Part shown: piece by piece, positions 9,073-19,287 of the stretch
How the letters are laid out: every line of letters begins with the position of its first letter
Position numbering within the stretch: the stretch's first letter is position 1
NCBI RefSeq assembly: GCF_001457615.1
Contig: NZ_LN831024.1
Location: 2,490,001-2,522,000 of the forward strand
From: Pseudomonas aeruginosa
GTDB taxonomy: Bacteria; Pseudomonadota; Gammaproteobacteria; Pseudomonadales; Pseudomonadaceae
Direction: 5' to 3'
Length of the DNA: 32,000 bases
Made by a program: the position numbers and the translations under genes
The notes under the pieces: generated by a model
Seen by the model: only the letters and a program-made list of their open reading frames with translations
The model's database searches: none
Told to the model about the DNA's origin: nothing

Positions 9073-9076
9073 GCCA
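9061..9076 (-). promoter_or_regulatory. Sigma54-like -24/-12 element upstream of the methyltransferase/rtcB pair (candidate only)
   Basis: The minus strand reads TGGCATGCTCCGCGCT, against the consensus TGGCACG-N4-TTGCW. The TGGCA, the GG-N10-GC spacing and the -12 GC are all present. No enhancer-binding protein gene lies in the window. Confidence 0.3.
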
Positions 9077-9105
9077 CGGCAGCGGGGCAGGGTGCGTGGG
9101 GCGGG

Positions 9106-9137
9106 CCAAAGAAAAACCCCGCCGAGGCGGGGTTTTC
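9106..9137 (-). terminator. Rho-independent terminator of the nuo operon
   Basis: It begins 15 nt after the nuoN stop. On the minus strand, the stem AACCCCGCC...GGCGGGGTT (plus-strand 9113..9136, 4-nt loop) is followed by TTTTTCTTTGG. Confidence 0.8.
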
Positions 9138-9151
9138 GTGGAGCGGGCGAC

Positions 9152-10612
9152 TCAGCCGGCGAGGGCCAGGCCGGAATGCTGGAGGATTTCCAGCAGCGGC
9201 TGCGGGTAGACGCCGAGGAAGAACGCCAGCAGGGCGATGGCCACCAGCATGATGCCGCCGGCGCGCTGGCCCCAGTTGAACGGTGCGTCGTGCTGGCGGA
9301 TGCCGGGCTCGACCAGGAACAGGGTGACCATGACCCGCAGGTAGTAGTACAGGCCGATGGCGCTGCCCAGCACCAGGGCGCCGATCAGCCACCACAGGTG
9401 CGACTCGACGCCGACCGCGATCACGTAGAACTTGCCGATGAAGCCGGCGGTCAGCGGGATGCCTGCCAGCGACAGCATCATCACGGTCATCACCGCGGTC
9501 AGTACCGGCCGGCGCCAGAACAGGCCGCGGTACTCGAACAGCGCATCGGCGTCGCGGCCGCTGTACGGGGTGGACATCAGGGTGATCACGCCGAACGCGC
9601 CGAGGGAGGTCAGTACGTAGGTAGCCAGGTAGACGCCGACCGCTTCCACGGCCATGCCCTTGCTGGCGATCAGGGCGACCAGCAGGTAGCCCAGGTGGGC
9701 GATGGACGAGTAGCCGAGCAGGCGCTTGATGTTGCTCTGGGTCAGTGCCAGCAGGTTGCCGAAGAGGATCGAGGCGACCGCGATGACGCTCAGGGAGATG
9801 TTCAGCAGTTGGTTGTCCAGGGCCGCAGGGGCGATCTGGAACAGCCGCAGCAGCACGGCGAACACCGCGACCTTGCTGGCGGTGGCGAGGAACGCCGAGA
9901 CCGGCGCCGGGGCGCCTTCGTAGACATCCGGGGTCCACAGGTGGAAGGGCACCAGCGACAGCTTGAAGCCCAGGCCGACCAGCATCATGCCTACGCCAAC
10001 GCCGACCAGCGGACCGCTCAGCACGTGCTCGGCGACCTTGGCGCCAAGGCCGGCGAAGCCCAGGGTACCGGACTCGGCGTAGAGCAGGGCCATGCCGAAC
10101 AGCAGGAAGGCGGAGCCGGCGGCCGAGAGCACGGTGTACTTGATGCCGGCTTCCAGCGAGCGCTTGTTGAAGAAGGCGTAGGCGACCATCCCGTAGACCG
10201 GGACCGAGAGCAGCTCCAGGCCGATGAACAGGCTGGCCAGGTGCTGCGCGCTGACCAGCACCAGGCCGCCGGCGGTGGCCAGCAGCAGGAGCAGGTACAG
10301 CTCTTCGCGGTTACCCGGATAGCTTTCCATGTAGGCGTGGGCGAGGGTCACGCAGGCCAGGGCGGAGACCAGCACCAGGGCCATGTAGAAGCAGGCGTAG
10401 TTGTCCACCAGCACCAGCGGTGTCACCTCGATCGGGGTGACGCCGAGGACCGGCAGCAGCGACAGCAGGGCCAGGTTGAGGCCGATCACCGAGAGGGTGG
10501 CGGTGAACGAGTGATTGCGTTTCCAGGCTACCGCCAGCATCACCACCACCAGGGTGGCGCTGGTGATCAGCAGTGGCAGGAGCGCGATGAAGTGTTGGAT
10601 CGTAAAGGTCAT
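9152..10612 (-). CDS. nuoN: NADH-quinone oxidoreductase subunit N
   Basis: Track ORF 9152..10633. I set the start at ATG 10612 ([34 protein letters not shown]). This aligns with the E. coli NuoN N-terminus as recalled and lies 7 nt after the nuoM stop. Confidence 0.96.
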   Translation of the reverse strand: MTFTIQHFIALLPLLITSATLVVVMLAVAWKRNHSFTATLSVIGLNLALLSLLPVLGVTPIEVTPLVLVDNYACFYMALVLVSALACVTLAHAYMESYPGNREELYLLLLLATAGGLVLVSAQHLASLFIGLELLSVPVYGMVAYAFFNKRSLEAGIKYTVLSAAGSAFLLFGMALLYAESGTLGFAGLGAKVAEHVLSGPLVGVGVGMMLVGLGFKLSLVPFHLWTPDVYEGAPAPVSAFLATASKVAVFAVLLRLFQIAPAALDNQLLNISLSVIAVASILFGNLLALTQSNIKRLLGYSSIAHLGYLLVALIASKGMAVEAVGVYLATYVLTSLGAFGVITLMSTPYSGRDADALFEYRGLFWRRPVLTAVMTVMMLSLAGIPLTAGFIGKFYVIAVGVESHLWWLIGALVLGSAIGLYYYLRVMVTLFLVEPGIRQHDAPFNWGQRAGGIMLVAIALLAFFLGVYPQPLLEILQHSGLALAG

Positions 10613-10619
10613 TTCGCGA

Positions 10620-12149
10620 CTACCGTCCTGCAAGGGTGGAAAGGGCTGCGCCCAGCCATTGCTGCACGCCGTGCATGCTGGCCGCGGAGATGTCCAGCAC
10701 TGGCTGCGGGTAGACCCCGAGCAGGACCAGCAGGACCGCCAGGCCGAGCACCATGCTCAGTTCGCGGGCATCGAGGCCGAGGATCGGCTCGTCGGACTGG
10801 CTGGGGCCGAAGTAGGCGCGGTGGATCATGATCAGCGAGTAGACCGAGGCGAAGACCAGGCCGAAGGTGGCGATCACGATGATCACCGGGACCACCTTGA
10901 AGGCGCCGATCAGGATCAGGAACTCCCCGACGAAGTTGCCGGTACCGGGCAGGCCCAGCGACGCCGAGGCGAAGAACAGGCTGATCGCCGGCAGGTAGGG
11001 CATGCGCGACCACAGGCCGCCCATCTTGCGCATGTCACGGGTATGCAGGCGCTCGTAGAGCTGGCCGCAGAGGATGAACAGCGCCGCGGCGGAGAGGCCG
11101 TGGGCGATCATCTGCACCACCACGCCCTGCAGCGCGACCTGGCTGCCGGAGTAGATGCCGATCATCACGAAGCCCATGTGCGAAACGCTGGAGTAGGCGA
11201 CCAGGCGCTTGATGTCGGTCTGCGCGAAGGACAGCAGGGCACCGTAGAAGATGCCGATGATGCCGAGCCACATGGCGATCGGCGCGAATTCCGCCGAGGC
11301 GTTGGGGAACAGCGGCAGGGCGAAGCGGATCAGGCCGTAGGCGGCGGTCTTCAGGAGGATGCCGGCGAGGTCCACGGAGCCGGCGGTGGGCGCCTGGGCG
11401 TGGGCGTCCGGCAGCCAGGAATGCACCGGCACCACCGGCATCTTCACCGCGAAGGCGACGAAGAAGCCGAGCATCAGCAGCCATTCCACGTGGGGGCTCA
11501 GCTGGGTCTTCAGCAGGGTGGCGTAGTCGAAGGTGATCACGCCGGTGGCATTGAAGTTGACGAACACCAGGCCGAGGATCGCCACCAGCATCACCAGGCC
11601 GCTGGCCTGGGTGAAGATGAAGAACTTGGTGGCGGCGTAGATGCGGGTCTTCTTGCCGTCATCGGAACTGTGTCCCCACAGCGCGATGAGGAAGTACATC
11701 GGCACCAGCATCATTTCCCAGAAGAAGAAGAACAGGAACAGGTCGATGGCGAGGAACACGCCGATCACACCGCCCAGGATCCACAGCAGGTTCAGATGGA
11801 AGAAGCCGATGCGGCGCTGGATCTCGTTCCAGGAGCAGAGGACCGAGAGCACACCGAGCAGGCCGGTGAGGGCGACCATCAGCAGCGACAGGCCATCCAT
11901 CGCCAGGTGGATGCTGATGCCGAGACGCTCGATCCACAGCACCTTGAATTGCAGGGTCCATTCCGGCTCGCCGCCGGGCGCGGGCGCCAGCTGGAAGTCG
12001 CCGGTGGCCCAGATCCACAGGCTCAGGATCAGGACCAGGGTCATCGAAAGCAGCGCGATCCAGCGGGGCAGGGTCTTGCTGCTGTGTTCGGCGATCCAGC
12101 AGAGGAAACCGCCGATGAAGGGGATCAGGATTAGCCAGGGCAGAATCAT
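10620..12149 (-). CDS. nuoM: NADH-quinone oxidoreductase subunit M
   Basis: The N-terminus [24 protein letters not shown] is near-identical to E. coli NuoM as recalled. The protein is polytopic and antiporter-like, and its operon position fits. Confidence 0.97.
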   Translation of the reverse strand: MILPWLILIPFIGGFLCWIAEHSSKTLPRWIALLSMTLVLILSLWIWATGDFQLAPAPGGEPEWTLQFKVLWIERLGISIHLAMDGLSLLMVALTGLLGVLSVLCSWNEIQRRIGFFHLNLLWILGGVIGVFLAIDLFLFFFFWEMMLVPMYFLIALWGHSSDDGKKTRIYAATKFFIFTQASGLVMLVAILGLVFVNFNATGVITFDYATLLKTQLSPHVEWLLMLGFFVAFAVKMPVVPVHSWLPDAHAQAPTAGSVDLAGILLKTAAYGLIRFALPLFPNASAEFAPIAMWLGIIGIFYGALLSFAQTDIKRLVAYSSVSHMGFVMIGIYSGSQVALQGVVVQMIAHGLSAAALFILCGQLYERLHTRDMRKMGGLWSRMPYLPAISLFFASASLGLPGTGNFVGEFLILIGAFKVVPVIIVIATFGLVFASVYSLIMIHRAYFGPSQSDEPILGLDARELSMVLGLAVLLVLLGVYPQPVLDISAASMHGVQQWLGAALSTLAGR

Positions 12150-12176
12150 GACAGGCTCAGTCTCTCCGTGAATTCG

Positions 12177-14024
12177 TTAGGCCAGCAGCAGCGCGCCGAG
12201 CAGGATGGCGGCGCCACCCACCAGGGAAGCGGCGTACCAGCGCAGGCGGCCGTTCTCGGTGAGGCTGAGGAGGTTGTGTCCGCCGCGCACGCTGAACGGA
12301 ACGACGCCCAGGGTACGGTCGATGGGGTCGCGCCCCAGCAATTGGCAGAGCAGCAGGTAGGGTTTCACGAACAGCTTGTCGTACAGCCAGTCGAAGCCCC
12401 AGGCGTGGTACCACCAGGTACCGAAGAAGCGACCCGGGGCGCTCTTCGCCAGGGCGCTGACGAAGCGGCGCTGGCCGAGGAAGAGCAGGGCGGCCAGCAG
12501 GATACCGGCGATGGCGATGGCACCCGAGGCCAGTTCCAGGCTGTGCTTGGCTTCGCCACCGGCGTGGCCGACGCTTTCCGGCAGGACGCCAGCCAGCGGC
12601 GGGGTGATCAGGGCGCCGACGAAGGTCGACAGGACGATCAGCACGCTGAGCGGCAACCAGTGGGAAATCCCGTGGCCGGCGTGGGCTTCGGTCTTCGGCT
12701 CGCCGTGGAAGGCGACGAAGATCAGGCGGAAGGTGTAGATCGAGGTCAGGAACGCACCCACCAGGCCGGCGATCAGCAGTTCGCGATGGCCGCTGGCGAA
12801 GGCCTCCCAGAGGATCTCGTCCTTGGAGTAGAAGCCCGCGGTGAGGAAGGGCAGGGCGGCCAGCGCCGCACCGCCGACCACGAAGCTGGCGTAGGCCAGC
12901 GGCAGCTTCTTCCACAAGCCGCCCATCTTGAAGATGTTCTGCTCGTGGTGGCAGGCGACGATCACCGCGCCCGAGGCAAGGAACAGCAGGGCCTTGAAGA
13001 AGGCGTGGGTCATCAGGTGGAAGATCGCCGCGTCCCAGGCGCCGACGCCGAGGGCGAGGAACATGTAGCCGATCTGGCTCATGGTCGAGTAGGCGAGGAT
13101 GCGCTTGATATCGGTCTGTACCAGGGCGGCGAAGCCGGCCAGGACCAAGGTCACCGCGCCGACGATGCCGACCAGTTCGAGGATGTCCGGGGCCAGGGTG
13201 AACAGGCCGTGGCAACGGGCGATCAGGTAGACGCCGGCGGTCACCATGGTGGCGGCGTGGATCAGCGCGGAGACCGGGGTCGGGCCGGCCATGGCGTCGG
13301 CCAGCCAGGTCTGCAGCGGCAGCTGGGCGGACTTGCCGACCGCGCCGCCGAGCAGGGCCAGGGTCGCCAGGGTCAGCCAGAGGTTGCCTTCCGGGAACTT
13401 CTGCGGCGCCAGCACCAGCAGCTCCTGGATGTTCAGGGTGCCGAACTGCTGGAACAGGATGAACAGGCCGAAAGCCATGAACACGTCGCCGACGCGGGTG
13501 ACGATGAATGCCTTGAGCGCCGCGTTACCGTTGTTGCGATTGCTGTAGTAGAAGCCGATCAGCAGGTAGCTGCACAGGCCCACGCCTTCCCAGCCGAAGT
13601 AGAGGAACAGCAGGTTGTCGCCCAGCACCAGGAACAGCATGCTGGCGATGAACAGGTTGGTGTAGGCGAAGAAGCGCGAATAGCCGGTTTCGCCACGCAT
13701 GTACCAGGAGGCAAACAGGTGGATCAGGAAGCCGACGCCGGTAACCACGCCGAGCATGGTTACCGAGAGGCCGTCCAGGTACAGGGTGAAGTTGGTGCTG
13801 AAGTCGCCGGCCGCCATCCACTGCCACAGCACCAGGCTGTAGGCACCGCCTTCCGGCGGACTGCTGTGGAAGCTGAAGATGGCCCAGGCCGCGCTCAGGG
13901 CGGAGAGGCCGACCGAGCCGACGCCGACCAGCGCCGAAAGGTTTTCCGACCACCTGCCGCGGGAGAACGACAGCAGCAGGAAGCCGACCAGGGGGAACAG
14001 GAAGGTAAGAGGTAGAAGGTTCAT
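12177..14024 (-). CDS. nuoL: NADH-quinone oxidoreductase subunit L
   Basis: [43 protein letters not shown] matches the E. coli NuoL N-terminus as recalled. The protein is a 615-aa antiporter-like subunit. Its start overlaps the nuoK stop by 4 nt. Confidence 0.97.
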
Positions 14025-14329
14025 CCGCGCATCTCGCTGGCAGCGTCGATATCGAGGGTGTGGAAGCGGCGATACAGTTGCAGCAGGATCGCCAGGCCGA
14101 TGCTCGCTTCGGCGGCCGCGAGGCTCAGCACCAGGATGAACATCACCTGGCCGTCGGGTTGGCCCCAGCGGCTGCCGGCGACCACGAAGGCGAGGGCGGC
14201 GGCGTTCATCATCACTTCCAGGCTCATCAGTACGAACAGGATGTTGCGTCGCACCATCAAGCCGACCAGTCCGAGGGCGAACAGGACGCTGGCGAGGGCC
14301 AGGCCGTGTTCCAGTGGTATTGCGTTCAT
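14021..14329 (-). CDS. nuoK: NADH-quinone oxidoreductase subunit K
   Basis: A 102-aa protein with three TM segments, including [16 protein letters not shown] and [14 protein letters not shown]. Its operon position fits. Confidence 0.96.
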
Positions 14330-14347
14330 AGCGTTACGTTCCCTTGG

Positions 14348-14368
14348 GGCGGGCGCAGGGCGCCCGCC
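14348..14368 (-). other. Intra-operon GC hairpin in the nuoJ-nuoK spacer
   Basis: GGCGGGCGC (14348..14356) pairs with GCGCCCGCC (14360..14368). The stem is 9 bp of pure G/C with a 3-nt loop. Confidence 0.5.
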
Positions 14369-14374
14369 GAACCT

Positions 14375-14875
14375 TTATTGTTTGGCGTCTTGACGACCCA
14401 GGTGATAGGCAGCGACCAGGGCCGCGAGCAACAGCATGGAGGCCAGTTCGACCACCAGCAGGTACGGGCCGTAGAGGCTGATGCCGACCGCCTTGGCGTC
14501 TACCGTGGTATGGCCGATGCCGGCACCGCTCGGGGTGCGGGCGAGGACCACCAGCAGTTCCACCAGCAGGACCAGGGCCAGGGCCGAAGGCCCGACCCAG
14601 ATGCCGGGCGTGAGCCACTTGCGCTCCTGCTCGACCACGGCCGGGCCGAGGTTGAGCATCATCACCACGAAGACGAACAGAACCATGATGGCGCCAGCGT
14701 AGACGATGATCTCCAGGGCACCGGCGAAGGGTGCGCCGAGGCTGAAGAAGGTCATCGAGATGGCCAGCAGGGAAATGATCAGGTAGAGCAGGGCATGCAC
14801 CGGGTTGCTGTTGGTGATGACCCGCAGCGTGGCCAGTACGGCGACGCCGGCAGCGAAATAGAAAGCGAATTCCAC
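14375..14875 (-). CDS. nuoJ: NADH-quinone oxidoreductase subunit J
   Basis: The track fuses this gene into a 286-aa ORF. The real start is GTG 14875, with AGGAG 7 nt upstream. That gives MEFAFYFAAGVAVLATLRVITNSNPVHALLYLIISLL, the conserved NuoJ N-terminus, and a 166-aa protein. Confidence 0.95.
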   Translation of the reverse strand: MEFAFYFAAGVAVLATLRVITNSNPVHALLYLIISLLAISMTFFSLGAPFAGALEIIVYAGAIMVLFVFVVMMLNLGPAVVEQERKWLTPGIWVGPSALALVLLVELLVVLARTPSGAGIGHTTVDAKAVGISLYGPYLLVVELASMLLLAALVAAYHLGRQDAKQ

Positions 14876-14886
14876 GCGACGTCTCC

Positions 14887-15435
14887 TTATGGCAGCAGGC
14901 TTTTCACGTTGATCGGTTCGGCTTCGTTCTGCGCGGCGCCTTTCGGCTTGCCGGCGATCGCCATCCCCGCAACGCGGTAGTAGTTGTAGTCCGGGTTCTT
15001 GCCCGGCCCGGAGATCAGCAGGTCGTGCTTCTCGTAGACCAGGTCCTGGCGCTTGAACTCGCCCATCTCGAAGTCCGGGGTGAGCTGGATCGCGGTGGTC
15101 GGGCAGGCTTCCTCGCACAGGCCGCAGAAGATGCAGCGCGAGAAGTTGATGCGGAAGAACTCCGGATACCAGCGACCGTCCTCGGTCTCGGCCTTCTGCA
15201 GGGAGATGCAGCCAACCGGACAGGCCACGGCGCACAGGTTGCAGGCTACGCAGCGTTCCTCGCCGTCGGGGTCGCGGGTCAGGACGATCCGGCCACGATA
15301 GCGCGGCGGCAGGTAGACCGGCTCTTCGGGGTATTGCAGGGTGTCGCGCTTGCGGAAGGCATGGCCGAAGATCATCACCAGGCTGCGAAGCTGGGTGAAG
15401 GTGCCATGCACGACGTTGATGATTTCTTTGATCAC
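14887..15435 (-). CDS. nuoI: NADH-quinone oxidoreductase subunit I (2x[4Fe-4S] ferredoxin-type)
   Basis: Track ORF 14887..15513. The real start is GTG 15435, with AGGAG 7 nt upstream, giving [11 protein letters not shown]. Two cluster motifs are present: [12 protein letters not shown] and [12 protein letters not shown]. The protein is 182 aa. Confidence 0.95.
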   Translation of the reverse strand: MIKEIINVVHGTFTQLRSLVMIFGHAFRKRDTLQYPEEPVYLPPRYRGRIVLTRDPDGEERCVACNLCAVACPVGCISLQKAETEDGRWYPEFFRINFSRCIFCGLCEEACPTTAIQLTPDFEMGEFKRQDLVYEKHDLLISGPGKNPDYNYYRVAGMAIAGKPKGAAQNEAEPINVKSLLP

Positions 15436-15446
15436 GGTGGTTCTCC

Positions 15447-16442
15447 TTACTGGGCCGCGGCCAGCACGAGCGCGCCGGTCACCAGCAGGTTGATCAGGGT
15501 CAGCGGCAGGCACACCTTCCAGCTGAACGCCATCACCTGGTCATAGCGCGGACGCGGCAGCGAGGCGCGGATCAGGATGAAGAGCATGATGAAGAAGCCG
15601 GTCTTGGCGGCGAAGTAGAAGAACGACAGCCAGGGCAGGGTGTCCAGGAACGGACCGTGCCAGCCGCCGAAGAACAGGGTCGCCAGCAGCGCCGAGACCA
15701 GTACGATGCCGATGTACTCGCCGACGAAGAACATGCCCCATTTCATCCCGGCGTACTCGATGTGGTAGCCGTCCGCCAGTTCCTGCTCCGCTTCCGGCTG
15801 GTCGAACGGGTGACGGTGGGTCACGGCGACGCCGGCGATGATGAAGGTGCAGAAGCCGAAGAACTGCGGAATGATGAACCAGACGTTGTCGATCTGGTAC
15901 TGGACGATGTCGCGCATGTTGAACGAGCCGACCTGGGCGACGATGCCCATCAGCGACAGGGCCAGGAACACCTCGTAGGAGATGGTCTGGGCCGAGGCGC
16001 GCAGGCTGCCGAGCAGGGCGAACTTGTTGTTGCTCGACCAGCCGGCGAACAGCACGGCGTACACCGTCAGGCCGGCCATGGCGAAGAAGAACAGGATGCC
16101 GATGTTCAGGTCCGCCACGCCCCAGGTGGGGGTGATCGGCACGATGGCGAAGGCGACGAGCAGGGCGCCCATCGCGATTACCGGGGCCAGGGTGAAGATC
16201 ATCTTGTCGGCGAACGGCGGGGTCCAGTCCTCCTTGAAGAACATCTTGACCATGTCCGCGCCGAGCTGGAACGCACCGAACGGACCGACCCGGTTGGGGC
16301 CGTAGCGGTCCTGCCAGAGGCCGAGCAGGCGGCGCTCGACCCAGCTTAGCAGGGCGCCGCAGATGACCACGGCGAGCAGCACCACGATGGCCTTGACCAC
16401 GGTGAGGATGATGGTGACCAGAGCGGGAGTCAGCCAACTCAT
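15447..16442 (-). CDS. nuoH: NADH-quinone oxidoreductase subunit H
   Basis: The sequence MSWLTPALV...[31 protein letters not shown] carries the conserved NuoH motifs. Its ATG overlaps the nuoG TGA (ATGA). Confidence 0.97.
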
Positions 16443-19156
16443 TGTGCAGCCTCCTGCAGACCTTCCACGGAGCAGCCGGCGATCGCCGCCGGGATACCGG
16501 CGAAGCCGACCGGCAGGCCGATCAGGCCGGCGCCGAGTTGTTCATCGATACGCAGCGGCAGGCGCAGGGCCTGGCCCTTGAGCTGGAAGCCGAGGGTCGC
16601 GCCGTCGTTGACGCCGAGGCGATCCGCGTCTTCCTTGGACAGGGCGACGTAGGTCTCCGGGATGCGCTGCTGGATCGGCGCGGCCCGCGAGCTGTTTTCC
16701 TCGCTGCCGAACAGGTGGTACAGCGGCACTACCTTCCAGCTGTCGGCCTTGGCGCTGAACGGCACCGGCACGGCCTGGAACCAGTCGAGGCCTTCGCCCT
16801 TCGGTTCGATCAGGCGCACGCCGGGGTCGCCGGCGCGCAGGTGGCCGCCGACCTCGTCCTGGAACTTGTTCCAGGCCTGCGGCGAGTTCCAGCCCGGCGA
16901 CCAGGCGAACGGGATCTGCTGACGGTCTTCCTGGCTGCCGGAGTAGCCTTCCATGGAGAAGGCGAACGCCGAGTCGATGTCCTGCGGGGTGCGCGGCTCG
17001 TGCACGCTGATATTGGCGCGCATGGCGGTGCGCCCGCTGTAGCGGTGCGGTTCGCGGGCCAGCTTGAGGCCCTTGATGCGGAACGAGGCGGCCGGTGCGG
17101 CGTCGCGGATGCCGGCCAGGATCGGCTTGGCCTCGGCCACGGCTTCGGTGACGTGGTCCAACTGGGTCCAGTCGACGCGCTTGCCTTGCAGGGTGCTGTG
17201 GATCGCATGCAGCCAGCGCCAGCCCTCGCGGACCATGTTCCTGGCGTCGTAGTAGGTCGGGTCGAACACCTGGAAGAAGCGCTGGGCGCGGCCTTCCTGG
17301 CTGACCAGGGTGCCGTCGCCTTCGGCGAAGCTGGCCGCCGGCAGCACCAGGTGCGCCTTGGCGCTGGTGGCGGTCTGCTGGTGATCGGCGACGATCACCA
17401 CCTTGGCCGCCGCCAGGGCCGCGTCGACACGGGCGGCGTCGGTGCGGCGATAGAGATCGTTCTCCAGCACCACCACGGCGTCGGCCTGTCCGGAGGTCAG
17501 TCGCTCGAGCGCGGCTTCCACGGAGTCGCCGCCGAAGAGCGCCAGGCCGAGGCTGTTGGCTTCGCCGACCACCAGGCTGATGGAACCGTTCTTCTCGCGC
17601 TGCTTGAGGGCCTTGGCGATGTTCGCCGCGGCTTCGATCAATGCCTTGTTGCCCAGCGAGTTGCCGGACACTACCAGCGGACGCTTGGCCGCCAGCAGGG
17701 CATCGGCGATGCGCTGGGCGAAGGCCTGGGCCTGCGGGTCGAGGTCGGCCACGGACGGGGCGCTTGGGTCGATCGCGTGGGCCACGGCGAAGCCGAGGCG
17801 AGCGAGATCGTCCGGCGCGGCGTGAACGGTTTCCTCGGCCACGTCGTCGAGGCGGGTCGCGCTGACGCTGGCGATGAACAGCGGGTTCTGCGCATGCTGG
17901 GCGATGTTCTTCACCGCGGCGTCGAGCCACGGCTGGACCTTCATGTCGGCAGCCATCTCGACGGCCTTGCCCTTCACCGACTGGCGCAGGGCCAGGGCGA
18001 TGCGGGCGGCGGTCTGGGTCAGGTCCTCGCCGAGGACGAAGACCGCGTCGTGGTCCTCGATGTCGCGGATGCTCGGCACCGGCAGCGGGCCTTCCTGCAT
18101 GACCTGCAGGATCAGGCGCAGGCGGTCGAGCTCGCCTTCGTTGATGCCGCTGTAGAAGTTGCCTTCGCCAACCAGCTCGCGCAGGGCGAAGTTGCTTTCC
18201 AGGCTGGCGCGCGGCGAACCGATGCCGACCACCTTGCGCTCCTTCAGCAGGGCGGCGGCCTGGTCGAGGGCGCCGTCCAGGCTCAGCTTCTGCTTGCTCA
18301 GCACCAGCAGCGGCTGGCGCGGACGGTCTTCGCGGTTGACGTAGCCGTAGCCGAAGCGACCGCGGTCGCAGAGGAAGTAGTGGTTGACCGAGCCGTTGTA
18401 GCGGTTCTCGATGCGGCGGATCTCGCCGTAGCGCTCGCCGGGGCTGATGTTGCAGCCGCTGGAGCAGCCGTGGCAGATGCTCGGGGCGAACTGCATGTCC
18501 CACTTGCGGTTGTAGCGCTCGGAGTGGGTCTTGTCGGTGAACACGCCGGTGGGGCAGACCTCGGTGAGGTTGCCGGAGAACTCGCTTTCCAGCACGCCGT
18601 CCTCGACCCGTCCGAAGTAGACGTTGTCGTGGGCGCCGTAGACGCCGAGGTCGGTGCCGCCGGCGTAGTCCTTGTAGTAGCGCACGCAGCGGTAGCAGGC
18701 GATGCAGCGGTTCATCTCATGGGCGATGAACGGGCCGAGTTCCTGGTTCTGGTGGGTGCGTTTGGTGAAGCGGTACCGGCGCTCGTTGTGGCCGGTCATC
18801 ACCGTCATGTCCTGCAGGTGGCAGTGACCGCCTTCCTCGCACACCGGGCAGTCGTGCGGGTGGTTGGTCATCAGCCATTCGACGACGCTGGCGCGGAACT
18901 GCTTGGCCTCTTCGTCTTCGATGGAGATCCAGGTGTTGTCGGTGGCGGGGGTCATGCAGGACATGACGAGGCGACCACGCTTGTCGTTCTCGTCGGTGTA
19001 CTGCTTCACCGCGCACTGGCGGCAGGCGCCGACGCTACCGAGCGCCGGGTGCCAGCAGAAGTAGGGAATGTCGAGACCGAGGGACAGACAGGCCTGCAGG
19101 AGGTTGTCTGCACCATCGACTTCGAGCGTCTTGCCGTCTACGTGGATAGTGGCCAT
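16439..19156 (-). CDS. nuoG: NADH-quinone oxidoreductase subunit G (75-kDa Fe-S subunit)
   Basis: 905 aa. The N-terminal 2Fe-2S and 4Fe-4S motifs are present: [33 protein letters not shown] and [11 protein letters not shown]. Confidence 0.97.
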
Positions 19157-19256
19157 GGTTCAAGTCTTCGTTGGCCCGTTGTCAGCGGGCGTGGCTAATA
19201 GAAACTCACGGTTCCGTCGGGCCTGCGGCCGGGCCGCGGCACGACGACGAAACATC

Positions 19257-19278
19257 GCCGGACGGCTGGCCGTCCGGC
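19257..19278 (-). other. Intra-operon hairpin in the 131-nt nuoF-nuoG spacer
   Basis: GCCGGACGG (19257..19265) pairs with CCGTCCGGC (19270..19278). The stem is a perfect 9 bp with a 4-nt loop, about 10 nt after the nuoF stop. A second 5-bp hairpin lies at 19174..19190. Confidence 0.5.
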
Positions 19279-19287
19279 TGCAAAGCA

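Noticed and set aside
16442-19198. A 918-aa plus-strand ORF antisense to nuoG. Similar giant mirror ORFs occur at 139..1860, 8945..10831, 10515..12134, 12168..14015, 21118..22947, 25266..27440 and 27448..29151.
   Set aside because: Each lies exactly opposite a well-supported gene with conserved motifs. Their translations are low-complexity strings rich in A, G, R, D, H, Q and V, with no SD or recognisable domain. Such stop-free antisense frames are expected in DNA with very high GC3.
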